The position numbers and the translations under genes were made by a program. From the human T2T-CHM13v2.0 reference genome, Homo sapiens, in the NCBI RefSeq assembly GCF_009914755.1, contig NC_060933.1: a DNA stretch of 64,000 nt; one strand, given 5' to 3'. Positions 25,883 to 39,677 of the stretch are shown here, one piece after another. The notes beneath the pieces are model-generated. The model ran no database searches. It worked only from the letters and a program-made list of their open reading frames with translations, and was not told the origin of the DNA. Each line of letters starts with the position of its first letter. Position 1 is the first letter of the stretch.

Positions 25883-28486
25883 ATCATGATGGTACATTAC
25901 TTAGTGAAGTAACTTCAAGTAGTTTTTAAAAAAGTAATTGAGTATGTTCCCAAATGAAAAACCTTCAAGAGAAGATGGAGGAGAGGCAGAAACTGAAAGC
26001 AGCAATATTAATCAGCTAAGTAGAAGACAGCCTATATTCAATCATATCCGCAAGCAGAGGGCCTGATTAATATTTATTAAGTATGGGCTTGATAAACATT
26101 GGCCAAATAACTCAACAATCAATGTCTAAGCACTTTACAATTGAGAAGAGTTAGAAGATCAATACTATTTTGATAATCCTTTTTAAAATAAGAAATAATC
26201 TATATAATAGGATTAAGATATGAAATGTGGAGTGTTTAATGATTATTCCATGAAGTCAGCACATTTCACTGAATCTCCTACCATAGTGAAGGAAGATCCG
26301 ACGAAGAAATATTATCAAAGAAAGACTCATCACCAATGTATTGGGAACATTCAGCACTGTCTACTTAACATGGAAAGATAAACTGTTCTAACCTTTCATG
26401 TAAATAAAGGTTTTCTTTTGAGCTCTCTGCTTTCAGTGGTGGAAACATTAGCCTTGGGTGGCTAACCTGCACCTCTCCTTCCTATTTTATCAAAGGAATA
26501 ATTAAGAATGAAATAATCCTTAAAGCACAAAGCATGGTCAATATATTTCCCATCCATTTACAAAAAAAAATAATTATCCAGAAACTCATAAGCTCTAACT
26601 AAAACCTGGATCTTACTTACTTTTTTTTTTCTATAAGGGCAGTTAATAAGAGGTAAAGTAACAATGACTCTCTGGGTAATTTACCACAGAGTCCAAGGAG
26701 GAGGGCACAGAATTTGTTAAAGGAAATACTGCTCCCTTCCTGCATTCTACATCTCCATTAATGCCATGCCTATAGTTATCTAAACATCTAAAATATAACA
26801 GCAAATTAGAATGTAGTTTGCTATTTAAATAACACGAATTATGTAAATGCTCCAAACTGAGATAATAAATGAGCATTCTTAATTCTTTTAATTAAAATAT
26901 TCTTTCTCCATCCTGAGGCTCATATTTCTGAGTATCCCCATAGCAGCATAAGTTACAGAAGCATATCTCAAGACCTATTGGGAATTAGTGTTATGAAAAA
27001 AGAAATGAAGACATGCTTGAACTTGGTAAATCATTTTAATGGGTTTTATACTTACTAAAGTAAAACAATAGCTGACGTGTATTGAAGTAGTAATAGTGTA
27101 TATTATTATATATAAAAGAAAGAAACAAATATGACCAAGAGACCAATTTCTTCTTAAAGCAGATTTTAGGATTTTAAGATATTTTTAGGACCTCACAACA
27201 GATGAAATGTTTTTAGGACAAAAACATTTTAAAGGACCTTGCCCTTGTAGAATAGAGAGTGGTCTGGATGAGTAAGAGTAAAACAAAAAGAAGGGTAAAT
27301 TACTATGTATAATAAATGAACAGAAGCCTGTCAAGGGGACATGCCAGTGGGCTGTGGAGTGAGACAGGAGGCCGAAGACGAGAGAGAGGGCTATGTATAC
27401 AGGGGAGCTCTACTAGTAAAGCTGGCTATTATTCATTTTTAAATGATCTAATTTTTGATTATATAATCCCTAGCCATAACCTCCAAATCTTAACTAAAAG
27501 TCTCTTAAAAACAATCAACTACATTACATGAGTGATGTTATACAGGATATCAATATTATATACATTTGGGTCAGAAAGAAAGGAACAGTCACAACATATG
27601 CAACGCAGAACTGGTGGAAACAGGAAGTTAAATGTAAGCAGGACTTAAATGTAAGCGTGCCTTTCACCAATCCAGAGACCTAAAACAGGTGCTAGATTTA
27701 GCAAAATGTATTTGAATTAGAAAGGAAAGAAAATGAACTCAACTTACATCATTCTAATTCCTCGTTCTCTTTTATCTTAAATAATAAACTTTGAAATATG
27801 TTTTTGCTTTCTATCAAGCAATATGTTCACAGTCCTCCAGTCAAACATTAAATGATTTATTTATTACTCAGCACAAGACGGTCTCCCTAAATCACGTGAA
27901 TTAATGCTTATTCACATGTACTTGTGAAATTCCTGTACATTTGGAAACGTATGTAGGATAGATCTAAACCTTAATATTTTGTGTCCAGGGAATTTGAGAT
28001 TAGTGATACATTATCCTGTGGTGCAGTCTGTAGGCTAGAAATATAAAATACTTTCCAGGATAAAATCTTATGATTCCAAGGTTTATAATAGATAGATTAC
28101 CTTAAAATTTCTGAGCTTTTGTCCAATCATTTGAATAAAGAGCACAATCACTTGTTTCCTGCTACAAAGGATTCTGAGAATGATTAGATAACTCAAGTGA
28201 ACACAATGGATAAGTTTTAACCTATACATCAATAAGGCTTTTTATTGTAATTCTTAAATATTTAGTTCTTACTGAGATCCTGCATTCTCTAGTCAGTTTA
28301 CCCCAATGTTCTCTATACCTTTGCCTAGAACAGTATCAACTTGGGGCCCTAGATAATTTCTTAAAATTATATATCTTTTGAGATCCTTTATGTTTATTTT
28401 ACAGAGAAGCAAAATTACACATCACTAATAATGCAGTTAGGTACTGATATTGCTAAATTACTGAGGAAAAATAAGTTTTATTGTAC

Positions 28487-28547
28487 AGTACCCTAGCCTG
28501 GATGATAGAGTGAGACTCTGGCTCAAAAACAAAAATAAAAAATAAAC
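28487..28547 (+). mobile_element. Alu 3'-terminal fragment
   Basis: ctagcctggatgatagagtgagactctggctcaaaaacaaaaataaaaaat. Confidence 0.8.
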
Positions 28548-28704
28548 TTTAAAAATACAAAGGCTGGATAATTTCAAGAACATTGAATATCTGTTAATAA
28601 CCTAAGTAGGATGCAAACCAAAGAGTATCTGACCAATCTACACTGCCTTCTTATTTTACTTTGCATATGCTTTACTCTCAGGACCACCAACTTAGATAAC
28701 TACC

Positions 28705-28778
28705 AGAATTATTGTAGGTTAACTATTAGAATTATTAAATTATCTAATATCTAACTAATAGAATTATTGTAGGTTAAC
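28705..28778. repeat. 19-bp direct repeat flanking a 36-bp AT-rich insert
   Basis: agaattattgtaggttaac at 28705-28723 and 28760-28778. Confidence 0.9.
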
Positions 28779-28999
28779 AATGTCTTATCAGTTTGGAAAC
28801 ACAGTCTGAAACCTAGTACTTAGTAATAACGTAGTTTCTGTGGATCCATGCTCTAGACAGCTGAACTAAAAGCAGAGTATTTGGAATATTAACCCTTTAT
28901 AAATAAAAAACATCCAGGTTTAAGACAAAATAACAATCCACAACACCAGTTAATCTTAGTAAAATGTGATAAATATTAATTTATGTTAACTGATAAAAG

Positions 29000-29180
29000 T
29001 TAAAATACTATAAAAAAGGAAATGCAGAGATTGGTGAATACAGGGTCCAAGATAATGGTTTTCTCTAGTGAATGGAAGCAGAAAGATGGGATGAGAGAGA
29101 CATATGACTACTGCAGGATCATCTGGAGATCCTGACTTTGTTTTGCCTGGTGAGTTTGCAGGTGCTTAATTCATTATTGT
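29000..29180 (+). mobile_element. L1ME 3'UTR fragment
   Basis: aagataatggtt..ctctag..gatgggat..ggtgagtttgcaggtgctt..ttcattatt. Confidence 0.5.
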
Positions 29181-30845
29181 AAGAAAAGGAAGCAAAGAAG
29201 GAAGGAATAAAGGATAGTTGGAAGGAAGGGAGGAAGATGGGCCATGCATAGGCCAGTAAGAGATTGTGTTTTGAACCAAGGATTATGATTACTATGATTA
29301 TGGGTACCTGAGTTCCAATGGTGAGTCAGGGAAGGGATAGAGTTAGATTTCACATTTGCTATAAAAATTTAGGAAACTTAGTTGTACACAATCAGATTTT
29401 TCTTGTTTATCAAAATGAATATATGATTTCTTTCTAATAAAGAATCCTACTAAATGAAACAATCACTGAAAAGGTCTTAGGAAAAATACTTTGAAAGACT
29501 CTTTTTAAAGTAGGGCTTCAGTAGCAAGCATGCATTTAGAAATTTTGGCTAACATCTGTGAAATTTCACTTATATTTAAACGGAGCTGTGAATGTCTCTT
29601 CAGGGCACCTACAATTCTATTTTAATTATATCACCTCGAAAAAAAAACTGTTTTAACAACTAACAAAGCACACATGATGTGAAAACACTTGTTAAACCAC
29701 CTCTGCAGTTTTAACAGTAAGACAAATATGAGATCATTACATTTCTTAATGCTCATTATATGAGAATTAGTGCAGTGGCACTATTTTTGGAAAGCATTTG
29801 CCCTTGGCAGCATCTCCTTTTTACACATATTTGTCATTTTGGGAGCTCTTTCTCAAATTTGCTTTATACAAATTCTATGTCAGAATCATGCAACATCATA
29901 AAATAACACTATGTTATGTTATTGTGGTGACACAAACATACTCAAGAAATTCAAAATAATGACGGCATGCCATGCATTAAGGATGACTTTAAGTCATGTT
30001 TTTATGACAAACTGTCATCTTAAAAGACAAATTACAGGATTTTTACTCATTCGTGTCACATCAAATACATTATTTAAATAGACTAATTTTATTTTAAGAA
30101 ACAAGAAAACATAAGTTGCCTGTATAAATAGGCTGAATTATTTATCCTTGCTGAAGTTTTGGGTTCAGTTACATTGCTCAAGCCACTTATTTAAGCTTTT
30201 TGATGCCTGAATGCTACAGAATTCAAGCATCCAGGCACCAAAAAGATCTAATTACAGAGATATATTTCAGCTGTCATTTGAAATTTATCATAGTAATTCT
30301 TGGGATATAGTGGTAGCACTTCAGTATGGACTTGGTTAACTAGTGAGTCATGCATCTCCTGAGTAACTGGTAATGCAGGTAATTCTATATTTTTCTTATA
30401 AAACAGATAGTGACCCAAGAACAAGTGTCTTGGGACAAAATAAATAAATATTAGCTTCATAAATATACTCTTTTCCTCCACAGTCCAATGTCATGGGGAG
30501 GATAAGGGAGGAAGATTTGAGGCAAAGACTTCAAGCCACTTTTCCTCCACTCTTTAGTCCAAGAGGAGAAACTTTAATTTGTGATATGGATCAGTAACAA
30601 ATCAGGGATTCTTGAATGATATGTTAGAACCACTGTATGAGGTGGAGATTCTTTTCTTTTTCATGACTCCTATGATCAAAGTGAGAGTGAATCTTAGGTG
30701 AAAGGAGGAAGGAGAATGTTTTCTGCTCCAAGACTTCATAGTTGAAGGTAAAAAGAATTCTTAATTATTGTGTTGGGTACATTCTAGATCACCAAGATAG
30801 GAAAACAGGTTTTGATTAAGTGTACAAACTCTTGAAGAAATGCTG

Positions 30846-31149
30846 GGCCAGGCACAGTGGCTCACGCCTGTAATCCCAGCACTTTGGGAGGACGAGGCAG
30901 GCAGATCACCTGAGGTAGGGAGTTCTAGAACATCCTGACTAACGAGGAGAAACCTGTCTCTACTGAAAATACAAAATTAGCCAGGCACGGTGGCCCATGC
31001 CTGTAATCCTGGCTACTTGGGAGGCTGAGGCAGGAGAATTGCTTTACCCCGGGAGGTGGAGGTTGCGGTGAGCTGAGATCACGCCATTGCACTCCAACCT
31101 GGGCAACAATAGCAAAACTCCATCTCAAAAAAAAAAAAAAAAAAAAAAA
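30846..31149 (+). mobile_element. AluSp
   Basis: Sp diagnostics: ggagaaacc, aaaatacaaaattag, gttgcggtgag, gccattgcac, gcaacaa..gcaaaactcc; pure poly(A) tail. Confidence 0.95.
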
Positions 31150-31381
31150 TGCATGTTTGCCCTTCTCACTATATCCATCGGTTGCCCCTCTAAAATTCAA
31201 GTATAATCTCACTGATTGTTTGATCAGATAAAGGACCCTGCCAACTGTGGTAGAGATTAAAGAATTCAACCTCTTCTCAGGACATCCAGCTAGAGAACAA
31301 TAGTGGCTTTAGTATGCTTAATTTTATTGAAATATACTTAAATACTACACAAAATACCTGAGAAAGTATCACGCAGAAAGA

Positions 31382-31745
31382 CATTCATTTAGTCACATAG
31401 GAATATATATGTCATGTACTAGTTATTACATCATGCTAGATATTATATGCTATGCTATTTGAGAGAGTTCCAAGAGCTTACATTGTAGTGGAAGTGTGAG
31501 TGGACCTAGGCCATCACAATCACTGGGAATGCTAGCTATCGTGGGAGAATTATAGGGACAGCATACTGAGGGGACACCTGCAAACTTGCAGAGAAGACTA
31601 AGGAGAGTCATCTAAGTGAAGACTTAAAGGATGAATAGGCATTATCCAGGAGGGGCAAATAAATGTAATAGCAGACAAATTAACCTGAATGTAAGAGACT
31701 TGGTAAGTTAGAAAATAGAGAAAATGTTTAGACCTATAAGAGTAA
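31382..31745 (-). mobile_element. L2 fragment
   Basis: cattcattta..gagcttacattgtagtgg..ttaaaggatgaataggcattatccagg. Confidence 0.6.
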
Positions 31746-32365
31746 GGTCTGTCAACCTAAGTCCTGCGTACATTGCTGGATGAATGATAGAACTCTTGGA
31801 TTGTTTCTTCATTTTCAAATAGCATTGTTAGAATGAACTGTCTTTAAGCATAACCCACCAAATAGAGCATAGGTGGATTTCTCATAATTGTTAGATACTT
31901 CCTGCCTTAACTTTCCTCTATCTACATTCTTCTTCTAATAATACATGGCTTTTATCACATGTATTATTAGAATTTCCACAACTAAAAAAGATGAAGAGGA
32001 AGAACCATTTTTCCTTTACCTTCCTCCTTCCCTCCACAATCAAACATCAGCTATTGATGTCCTTATCAGTCTGGACTTTATTATAGGCTCCAGTCACATT
32101 ATAGGTTTTGAATGAATGGATGAATGAATAAATGGGAGGAGATTTGTTACTCTATGTGCCCTCAAAATAGATTATTTTATCAACCCTCAAAATTTTTCAT
32201 TCAGTATTTTCTATGGTGTTTTATAATTCTATGTTGACTATCAAGTCTTCTTTCTGAATGTGAATCTATAATTTAGCCTTAGGCTCCATTCTCCATAGAG
32301 ACAGAGTATGAAGGACTAGAGAAATTGTAATCAGTAGTATTTGCCCTTTTTTCTTTTGTTTATTC

Positions 32366-32578
32366 TAAAGGTTTTTCAACCTCCTTAGTATTAACATTTG
32401 AGACAGATAATTCTGTGTCATGAGGGGCTATCTTGTGTGTAGGTTGTTTAGTAGCATCCCTGGCCTCTATCCATGAAATGTCTGTATTACTTCACTCCCA
32501 CTTGTGATGAGAAAAAAATGCCTCTAGGTAGAATTGAATCTGCCTAAGGGCAACCTCCCTCCCCCAGTGAGAAACAGA
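32366..32578 (-). mobile_element. MER20 (hAT-Charlie)
   Basis: ttcaacc..acatttg..gataattct..ggggct..tgtttagtagcatccctggcctcta..gagaaac. Confidence 0.85.
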
Positions 32579-33134
32579 ACTATACTATAAACAACATTCC
32601 ATTCAAAATAGCTTGTATCATAGAGGAAGTGATTGATTTATCTTATTTGGAAAATTAAATAGAGGGTAAATTCTGAGGATTGAAGAAAAAGGTAAAATTG
32701 AAGCTTGCAAGTATTTGACACTGCAACAATTATATATTTTTTTCCAACACAACCAACTCTCCACTCACATCTGTCAGACCAGGAATATACTGACTAAAAT
32801 TGACAGAGATCCTAAGTGAAAGTTTAGGTTTTTTGATTTAGAGAACAGAAGCCTCAAGATCAAGAGGTGAGATGTCTCTGAGATAAGATCAGATCATCCC
32901 CAGAGATAAGAAGCTTGAAAGGGTGGAACATTTCTTGCTTCTTGGTTTTTCTGATCAGCTTAATATTGAAGAACAGCTTGAATTTCCAGTTCGTCTTGCT
33001 TCAGAGAGCCTGGAGATAAGAATAATCACTGCCAGTTGGGTCAGTATTGCCAAGAAAATTATATTGGAAGTTTGAAGCTGTCTATAAACTTTATGCCTGA
33101 AGTAAAAACATGTCTGAATTTCTTTCTACAGGTG

Positions 33135-33503
33135 TGATATGGCTTGCCTCTGTGTCCCCACCCAAATCTCATCTCTAACTGTAATCCCCACATGTCGAGG
33201 GGGGGACCTATATCCCCAAGTGTCCAGGGAGGGAGGTGATTGGATCATGGGGGCAGTTCCCTGATGGTGTTCTTGTGATAGTGAGTGAACTCACAAGATC
33301 TGGTTAAGTGTTCTCACTTTGTGCACTCTTTCTCTATTGCTTGCTGCCATGTAAGACATGCCTGCTTCCCCTTCCGCCATGATTTTAAGTTTCCTGAGGC
33401 CTCCTCAGCCATGTGGAACTGTGAGTCAATTAAACCTCTTTTCTTTATAAATCACCCAGTCTCAGGTAGTATTTTTATAGCAGTGTGAGAATGGACTAAA
33501 ACA
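33135..33503 (+). mobile_element. THE1D MaLR solo LTR
   Basis: tgatatggcttgcctctgtgtccccacccaaatctcatc...ggactaaaaca; near-TSD aggtg/agatg. Confidence 0.92.
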
Positions 33504-34567
33504 AGATGCCTAAAAGATAACTACGTGGTTAATGGCTAGCATTTAAGTGAAAATGTTAATGTACTCCTCAGATGTTATTTACTTTTTTAGAATTTCAAAA
33601 ATCAGATATCACCATTATCACTGTGTATAATTCTAAACAGTATAGAATTTATATACAAATTAAAATTATCATATATAATCTTCAGATATTTACTTTTATT
33701 TTTGTATCAGGTATGAGTCCCTAGTTTACTTTACCTTGGCTTCAATGCACTAGAGGAGAATTTAATTTGTTTCTTTGGGACTCTGTGTGTGTTGTGTGCT
33801 TGTGTGTGATAAGCAGTGTTTTATACACACTGAGCAGTAATTATTATTACAATTCATTTTTTGTAACTATAGTAAAAGATCTTTTTAAGCAGATGCTATT
33901 TAGTGGTGAGACTATTAAATTCAGCCAAGCATGTATTTCTATTGATCTGTTAGCCTCAGAAAGTTCCTTAGACTGATGCTGCTTTGACCTTTGCTGGTCA
34001 TTTATTTTTTTTTCCTACTGTCTGAAACTGACTTTTGGTTGTTTTATTTTGGAAAATAATTACATATTTGTATGTGTTCGAAATAGTTTAAGTGAACAAA
34101 AATCTTTCCTTTTACCAGTACCTATGTGTAGTCAAAAAGTATTTTGCATAGGCACATTTGGAAACCCTGCATTGAAAAACATTTCTAGTTAAAGTACGAG
34201 AATGTCTGGAAAAGTCTCATTAGCCATTTTGGAAGGGTATATTCTGGAAATCCTTGGGCAGTGAAGTGAAACTTCACTCAATAATTTTTTTAAAAAAATA
34301 AATTCTATATTAGACAAAATTAGTAGTTTTTTTTAATTGGCTAACACTGCAGAATTTGGACATTCAAAGAAAAATAAGAGTAAACAGCTACTTTGGGACA
34401 TTCAATCATCTTTTGGATACATATCTACAACTTGACTATCAGCTATTTAATATCAGACTCTACCATCAATTTATTTCTCTCACCATTGATGTTTCTATGA
34501 TTACTATTTTGCCTATCTCAAACTATGAGTAATTCCTACTTCCCCAGTTCTCTGCTCTTGTAACAAG

Positions 34568-34725
34568 ATCAAGAGCTTCGTAGTCTGACTTGGGTTTGAG
34601 TCTAAGTTTACCAGGGCAGGTTACATTATTTCTCCTCCACCACATCTTCATCTTTTATAAACAGAAAATATCATCCTACAAGGCTGTTGTGAAAATAAAC
34701 TGGGATGATTATGTAAAGAACTCCC
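34568..34725 (+). mobile_element. MIR fragment
   Basis: gacttgggtttgagtc..gggcaggtta..ggctgttgtgaaaataaactg..atgtaaag. Confidence 0.6.
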
Positions 34726-34826
34726 AATTATACATGGAACTTTCAGTTAGCTTTGGAACTTCAGTTAGCTTTGGGGGCATAGCAAAGAGCTGGAGGGATT
34801 TATGAACCCTGGTATGATAGATTGGT

Positions 34827-35231
34827 TGTATTAAGGTGCCACTTTACCGCAACCGTCTCACACCCCCACATCTCACTCTGTGACCTTCCAGGGTTCTGCA
34901 GCTGGATTTTCAGAGTAACCATATCATTTGCTTTAGCCAATGGGATATCAGTAAAAATAAAAAGGAGAAACTTGACATATGCCAGAATGACTAGGTTTGC
35001 ATCCTCTTATACCTCTACATTTACCACAAGAACATGCCTGGGCTAGCTTGCTGGAGAAATGTGAAAGACCATAGGGGCAGAGTCAAGTCACCCAGGCAAC
35101 ACCCTGGGCCTGTAAAACCCCATCCAACTTCCATTGCTTTTCTCAATTTCCACCATGGATTGTATAGTGTAACACTTTGCAAGTTCTTCAATATCTATAT
35201 AGTTGAAAAAAGAATGTAGACAGACTAATAT
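34827..35231 (+). mobile_element. Old MaLR LTR (MLT1G/H/I-like)
   Basis: gctttagccaatgggatat..gggctagcttgctggag..gacca..gcagagtcaagtcaccca..gactaata. Confidence 0.6.
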
Positions 35232-35908
35232 ATATTAAGATTTCCAATGACCTGTATTTAATATTACATACTCACACAACTTTAATATTTATTGGTATAA
35301 CACATATATCAAATACATAGTTTCTCTCCTCCAACATGCCCTTCACCACCTGAATTTTTTTAACCTCTCTCCTCATTATCATGTCTCTCATTTTTTTGAT
35401 TGTAAGCAGAAGGATCGAAATTAGAATATTTTCTAGAGGTTCACTAAGCACTGAGTTGAAACTGAGCAAAATCTTTGAAAGGTTTTCCCATCATTTTTGC
35501 TTGTATCTGTTTCATATACCATTTATATTTGGCCAACGCTTGGTCAATATCATGATTCAAATGGTGAAGTTGGTTTCTTCTGCTGAGAAATAAGTAGTCC
35601 CACCATTCTAGGCTTGAGGATGAAGGGTACTGATATATTTTTATTTTATAAAAGGGCTCTACTTTAGAAGTTCTAGGCATATAATTTATATCCAACCTAA
35701 ATTAAATAACCTTTCTGAAGGAAAGAATGAGGTTTTTCTTGGTGTTATTTCAGACTCTGAGAATTATCTATAAGCCCACTGTAAGGTGGATAGCAACTGT
35801 TGAATTCTCCATTTAGGTTGTGCATTAAATGTCTTTATGTTCCTGTTAAGGAGGAAGTCTTGTCCACATGACCCTCCCCAACCCCCCTATACACCCCCAG
35901 ACCCACCC

Positions 35909-36307
35909 TGATGTGATTTGGATATTTGTCCCCTCCAAATCTCATGTTGAAATGTAATTCCCAATGTTGGAAGTGGGGGCCTAATGGGAAGTGTTTCGGC
36001 CACTGGGGTGAATCCCTTGTGAATGGCTTAGTGCCCTCCCTGTGGTAATGAGGTCACATGAGTTTTGGTTGTTGAAAAGAGTCTGAAACCTCCCTTCTCT
36101 CTTTCTCCCTCACTGGCCATGTGATGGTCTGGCTATCCCTTTGCATTCTGCCATGATTGTAAGCTACATGAGGTCTCATTTGAAGCCAAGAAGATGTTGT
36201 CATGATGCTTGTACAGCCTTCAGAACTATGAGCCATATAAGCCTCTTTTAGTTATAAATTACCCAGTCTTAGGTATTCCTTTACAGCAACGCAAAATGAA
36301 CAAACCC
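35909..36307 (+). mobile_element. MSTB-type MaLR solo LTR
   Basis: tttggatatttgtcccctccaaatctcatgttgaaatg..gaactatgagcc..gtattcctttacagcaacgc. Confidence 0.9.
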
Positions 36308-37757
36308 CCCAAGAGGCGAACTCCCATCCTTGAAGGTGCTTATACTTTTAAAAGATAATACACAAGAAAGATAGGCCCCAGATAAGTTTATTTTTTCAAT
36401 CTTCTCTTGTTGCTGCAAACATCTCAACACAAATTTATTACTTCCTCTTCATTGATAGTCACTGTCATTTCTTTATTCTGAGAGAAACGCTAGAAATTTA
36501 TTTATAAGTAGAACAGGCTGTAGGGAAAAGAAAAACAAAAACATCTAGAAACCAACATTCAAAAGAATAGAGAATAAGGTGTGAAGAGGAGGTCAACTAG
36601 GAGAACAGGAAAGTATAAATGATGTCTGGCAATCAGGGGATACTAAATGTGCAAAGATGTTTCAGGTACTTCCCGGTTTTCACTCTCAGTGTTACATGGT
36701 CTCTTAATCAATTATGAATTTTAAGAAGAATAGATCATCTTTTACCAAAGTCAGGCAATCATATATCTGCTCTTTCAAAAGTAAAGCAATCACCAACAAT
36801 TCTAAAAATATTTTGGTGACATACAACCACTGCCTCACATGTACTCTATCTAACCTCTTAGCCAGCTTTTATTACCAGTATTAAAATAGACATATTTATC
36901 ATTTAGCCGTATACTGTGAAATTTTTCCATCACTTGGTTTTCTCATTTTCCAGGGCAAACTTTTCAATACCCAAGGGAAAACAACTGAAGTAGAACTGTA
37001 CCAAAGTGCATTTCCAATGTCATGCAGCAGAAATAATGTTCAATGAAATTATTCTGTTAGTAGCTCCTGGAAAGTCAAGCTGAATACTCTATGCTTTCAG
37101 TGAGTATTTGACATTTCTTCCTTTTTTTTAAAGTCCTGGAACTTCCATTCTTTGTTTTATCCCTTAGTACATATTTATTTGGAAGATATACATTATCTAA
37201 GACTTATTCCCAAATATTTACCTAGACAATGAACTAAAGGATACGCAGTAAACACAGCTGAGAATATGGCTGATTGTGTTCCAAACTATGTAGCAGTGAA
37301 GTTTATTTTGGTCCCTCTAAGCCTCCCCATCATCCATCAAACATTGACTATGGACTGTGTTCAGGGCACCAACATTTGACATTGTGAAGAATGGAATGAG
37401 GGATAAGACACAGAGTTCAGTCTTTCCAACTTCATACCTTTATGTTGTTCAGAATTTTGTTTTTATTTATGATTTTCTTCCTACCCTAAAAGCAAGAAAG
37501 CAACAACATCTATTCTTTCACCTTCAGTGTACATGTAAGTCAGGAAGATACCTCTTCTCAGATTCTATCTCTGTAAGAAAGCCCTTCCTCAATATTATAG
37601 CAGAGCTCATTGTTTACAAACATTTACCACCACCAAACTAAAGCATGTGGCATATGTCTCCTAAAACACACAGCAAAAGCTCTGGGAATAGATGGCAGGT
37701 AGAAGCTGGAAAGGCCTTGAAGACACTATTTGTAGAAGTCTGATGAGCCTAGAGGAG

Positions 37758-38132
37758 TGATATGGTTTGGCTGTGTCCCCAACCAAATCTCATTTTGAGT
37801 TATAGTTTCCATAATCCTCATGTGTCATGGGAGGGACCTGGTGAAAGGTAATTGAATCATGGGGATGGTTACCTACATGCTGTTTTCATGATAGTGAGTA
37901 AGTTTTCATGAGATCTGATGGTTTTATAAGGGGCTTTTCCCCACTTGCTTGGCACTTCTCCTTGCCGCTGCCATGTGAAGAAGGACGTGTTTGTTTCCCA
38001 TTCTGCCACGATTGTAAGTTTCCTGAGGCCACCCCAGCCCAATGGAACTACGAGTCAATTAAACCTCTTTCCTTTATAAGTTACCCAGTCTCATGTATGT
38101 CTTTATTAGCAGTGTGAGAACGGACTAATACA
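37758..38132 (+). mobile_element. THE1C MaLR solo LTR
   Basis: tgatatggtttggctgtgtcccc...gaagaaggacgtgtttg...ggactaataca; near-TSD aggag/aggtg. Confidence 0.93.
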
Positions 38133-38649
38133 AGGTGGCTTTCAGAAAAGCAAAGAAAACGTTATTGGCATCTAGAGGAAAGGAGACATTTATAGTGGCA
38201 GAAAGGCTAGTAAAACTGGTGCCTGTAGTAACACAAAAAATAAAATATTCCTTAAAAATTCAATGATAGAGCTAAGTAGATTACCAGGCAGAGAGCTTAA
38301 GGTACTGCATGGTTTCCTCTAGCTACTTATGATATAAAAAGAAAAAAAGAAATTAAAGAAGTATTAATATATTGAATAAAAAATAGAAATTACTAAATTG
38401 AGAAGGAAGGGCCCAGAAGAGTCCTTTCAACAAGCAAAAGTTTCTCAAAGTAAGATAAGGCCAACGTGAGATAAATTCCTTTGTTAAGATGTAAGAAAGA
38501 TTTAAGATGATGCCTCATAGAATCTTTAACCTACACAAAAGTTCCACTGAGAATTTCAAGGACTTGCATCTCAGATCCCCTTCATTATATGATAAGGCTT
38601 CTAAGGATCTGAGGAGTTTCCCTCAGCAGCTTCACAGGGGTCCTACAGA

Positions 38650-39013
38650 TGGATATATTACTTACATGGCAAACGGACTTTGCAGATTTGAATATGTTAA
38701 GGATTTTGAGATGGGGGGACTAGTCTGAATTGTCTAGATAGACCCAAGAGTCCTTATAAGGGAAGGAGAAGGGAGGGTAGTTTTAGAGAATGAAATGTGG
38801 CCATGGAAAGAGGTTGGCATGCTATGGGGCCACAAGTCAAAGAATGTGGGCAACCTCCAGAAAAGGCAACAAAATAGGTTATCCCCCAGATCTTCTAGAA
38901 GGAAAATAGTCTGCTGACCCTTTTTAGACTTCTGATCTCCAGAACTGTAAGATAGTAATTTTGTATGGTTTGTGCCTGTAAATTTGTGGTAATTTGTTAC
39001 AGCCACAACAGGT
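38650..39013 (+). mobile_element. MLT1C/D LTR, partial
   Basis: ttacatggcaaa.ggactttgcagat..gttaaggattttgagatggg..ctccagaactgtaaga..gtggtaatttgttacagc. Confidence 0.85.
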
Positions 39014-39677
39014 TAAAAAAAAAACCATGGCCAAAAAGAAGAGAAGGGCCTATCTGCCTATCTGAAAGAGATCTGTGAGTGTAGATTTTGTCTAATGTAG
39101 TGGATTAGCATTTGATACCTTACAAAACCCCACATATTAAAAAAAAAAAAGATTCAAAGTTAAAATGAAAAGGATAAACAGTGCCAAATGAAAAGAAACC
39201 TTTGGACTCCTGAACTGCTATGGATAGAAAACAGAATGAGAATGTTTCTCATTTATACACACCAGCCACTTCCGGAAAAAGAATGATGCCCAAGGGATAT
39301 AGCCAAGAGACATCAGAGGACAACTCCAGAGAGCAAGATTAGGCCCTAACCAAAGAATTATCAATACATGTCTGGCTGCATATCAGAATTGCTATATGCC
39401 CGTCACTGCTCTGGGTCTCCTGTTTTATATGTTTGAATTGGAATCTCTCTACTGGTTATCTCATATTTCTTTAATTCACAGGCATTTACATAAACAAGAG
39501 TAATATGTAATGAACTGCAAATAGCTTTCTTCACATGTGGACATAATATAAAGGATCTTAGACCTTGAGCCCGAAACTATTGCCATAAAAAAGGGAGGTT
39601 TAAAAGGAGAGTCCTGAAGAAAGGAGGCTGTGTATTTTTCCCATGGGAGGGATGTAAATTGTGGCCAGAGGTCAGAC

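Larger units (their letters stand above)
37635..39677 (+). mobile_element. MLT1 internal region, interrupted by THE1C and MLT1D
   Basis: ctaaagcatgtggc..gctggaaagg..tagtggcagaaag..gaattgcta..; ends with the MaLR junction gtggccagaggtcagac just before an LTR. Confidence 0.7.

Noticed and set aside
37908-38117. Similar peptides at 12180, 33285, 37908 and 54860 that look like a gene family
   Set aside because: They are all translations of homologous THE1/MST LTR copies.
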